A stretch of 64,000 bases of DNA. It comes from a virus. Taxonomy: Duplodnaviria > Caudoviricetes. The DNA is taken from IMG/VR virus record IMGVR_UViG_3300036929_000011, positions 11,535-75,534 of that record; one strand, 5' to 3'. The notes beneath the pieces were generated by a model. It had not been told where the DNA came from, did not search any database, and worked only from the letters and a program-made list of their open reading frames with translations. Made by a program: the position numbers and the translations under genes. The first letter of the stretch is position 1. Every line of letters begins with the position of its first letter. Below, piece by piece: positions 62,745 to 64,000 of this stretch.

Positions 62745-63941
62745 TTAGACGGACTTGCCGTCTACCGTCACGCCGATCCCGGTCCCGGTCACCACGATGG
62801 TCCGGGTGGTGGGCGGGGTGGGCGTTGGGGTGGGAGTGGGCGGCGTCGGGGTGGGTACGGGCACCGGCTGCAGGGAGCCCAGCAGCTTGGTCACCACGGG
62901 CACGCCCAGGCCGGTACAGCAATCGTAGCCAGACTTAGCCACGTAGGTCCCGTTGTTGCCCGAGGTGATGTCCCGCATGGCGCCGGCCGCCAGAGCGTAG
63001 ATAGCCGCCGATAGGTTGCCGACGTTCGCGCCCAGGGTCGCGGACAGGTACGCCGCGATGGCCGCCCACATGGGCGCAACCGCGCTGGTTCCACCCACCA
63101 CGGTGGGCCCGCTCGTCGAGTCCACGACGATGTCCCAGCCGGTGTTGGGATCCGCGCAGCCCGCGACGTCGGGGACGCCGCGCATCTTGTTGCCCGGAAC
63201 GCCGGCCTTCGCCTGGTAACTCGGCAGGGAGAACTTCGCGCTCACGCCTCCGCCAGTCGCGCCGCCCGAGCTGCCGTCGTTCCACACGACCTCGGAATTG
63301 GGGGACAGCGATGGCAGGCTGGTGCCGCCGCATCCGACCACGTTGGGTGACGATGCCGGGAAGTCCACGTGCTTGCCCGTCTCACCATCGCTCGAACCGT
63401 TGTCGCCAGCCGCACAGGTGACCGTGATGCCGGCAGCCGTGGCAGCCTGAAATGCGTTGTTGAAGGCCGTGATCGAAGCAGAAGGCCAGTCGTCTTCCGG
63501 CCCGCCCCACGAAATAGAGATGCAGTCCATCTTGTCCGTGATGGCCTGCTGGATCGCCGCCAAGAAGCCGTCGTCCGTATTGGGAGCCATGTAGCAGTGC
63601 AGTGCCGCGCCGGGGGCCATGCCTCCGACCACGCACAGGTCGAGCATGACCTCCACGTAGTCGCCTGCCGTATCGCCCGGCTGGTTGGTCGCTCCGCTGA
63701 TCGAGTGGAACACCACCGGTGCCACCGCAGGATAGCCGAGCGACTTGAAATAAGCTGTCAGGACCGCCTGGTCAAAACCGCCCCCGAGCTCGATGACTGC
63801 AATCTTCTTGCCCGCGCCAACCGCCGCGCTCATCGGTAGTCCGTAGAAGGCCGCGAGCTGCTTGGGCGTGTAGTTGACCCCCGTGACGTGGGAGCGGATG
63901 CGCGAGAACTTGTAGTATGGGCGAATCTTCAGTTTCGACAT
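62745..63941 (-). CDS. S53 (sedolisin/kumamolisin-like) serine-carboxyl peptidase, catalytic domain only
   Basis: YTPKQLAAFYG, IAVIELGGG, EVMLD (Glu/Asp), AAGDNG (oxyanion Asp), RGVPDVA, GGTSAVAP (Ser), DITSGNNG..Y...GYDCCTGLG (Ca site); Pro/Thr tail. Confidence 0.9.
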   Translation of the reverse strand: MSKLKIRPYYKFSRIRSHVTGVNYTPKQLAAFYGLPMSAAVGAGKKIAVIELGGGFDQAVLTAYFKSLGYPAVAPVVFHSISGATNQPGDTAGDYVEVMLDLCVVGGMAPGAALHCYMAPNTDDGFLAAIQQAITDKMDCISISWGGPEDDWPSASITAFNNAFQAATAAGITVTCAAGDNGSSDGETGKHVDFPASSPNVVGCGGTSLPSLSPNSEVVWNDGSSGGATGGGVSAKFSLPSYQAKAGVPGNKMRGVPDVAGCADPNTGWDIVVDSTSGPTVVGGTSAVAPMWAAIAAYLSATLGANVGNLSAAIYALAAGAMRDITSGNNGTYVAKSGYDCCTGLGVPVVTKLLGSLQPVPVPTPTPPTPTPTPTPPTTRTIVVTGTGIGVTVDGKSV

Positions 63942-64000
63942 GGCAGTGTGCCTTTCGGTGTTGGGTGGATGTGGTTGGGCGGAACGGGGCTTCAGCGCCC

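Noticed and set aside
62810-62870. Short repeats encoding PTPT (also GKGN at about 20520 and TPLR at about 10580)
   Set aside because: Ordinary low-complexity protein linkers, not DNA elements
289-63839. Numerous long plus-strand ORFs antisense to minus-strand genes
   Set aside because: Typical shadow ORFs of high-GC coding sequence, with low-complexity R/A/G/P composition and no motifs
1-64000. CRISPR array, tRNA genes, integrase, reverse transcriptase/DGR, terminase
   Set aside because: No regularly spaced repeat-spacer array, no tRNA T-loop/cloverleaf, no tyrosine or serine recombinase motifs, no RT motif or TR/VR pair, and no terminase ATPase were recognised; terminase and integrase may lie outside the window

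Overview
This 64-kb window is part of a GC-rich tailed dsDNA phage genome with a contractile tail (myovirus-type); the host is unknown, and a Myxococcota-like or other high-GC host is only an inference. Almost all genes are on the minus strand. From left to right: (1) replication and middle genes, including a DnaA-domain-IV protein, Dam-like methylase, TOPRIM-primase/DnaB-helicase fusion, replication initiator with iteron-like repeats, SMC/SbcC-like ATPase, Cas4-like exonuclease and a putative annealing protein; (2) a first phage sigma factor, a MoxR ATPase/vWA module and small early genes behind a sigma70-type promoter; (3) a standalone RNR TSCPD domain and a GH25 endolysin; (4) tail fibre, baseplate, tape measure, chaperone with a -1 slippery site, tube, sheath and neck; (5) major capsid protein and scaffold; (6) a three-gene plus-strand island (HTH, membrane protein, second sigma factor); (7) MuF-like head protein, portal, three different phosphatases and an S53 sedolisin-like protease. 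No terminase, integrase, reverse transcriptase, tRNA or CRISPR array was seen. The strongest unexplained signals are: a six-copy bipartite promoter motif (minus strand AAAAC-N10-GATCAACAATA); a ~350-nt multi-hairpin RNA with four cUUCGg loops directly after the capsid gene; a shared N-terminal [FYL]xxWAxR[KR] peptide on four unrelated head-module proteins; a 341-bp TIR/TSD-bounded mini-element with its own ORF splitting an HNH-AP2 gene; a parS-like palindrome; and a prodomain-less S53 protease. All family assignments come from motif recognition by eye, not from database searches.
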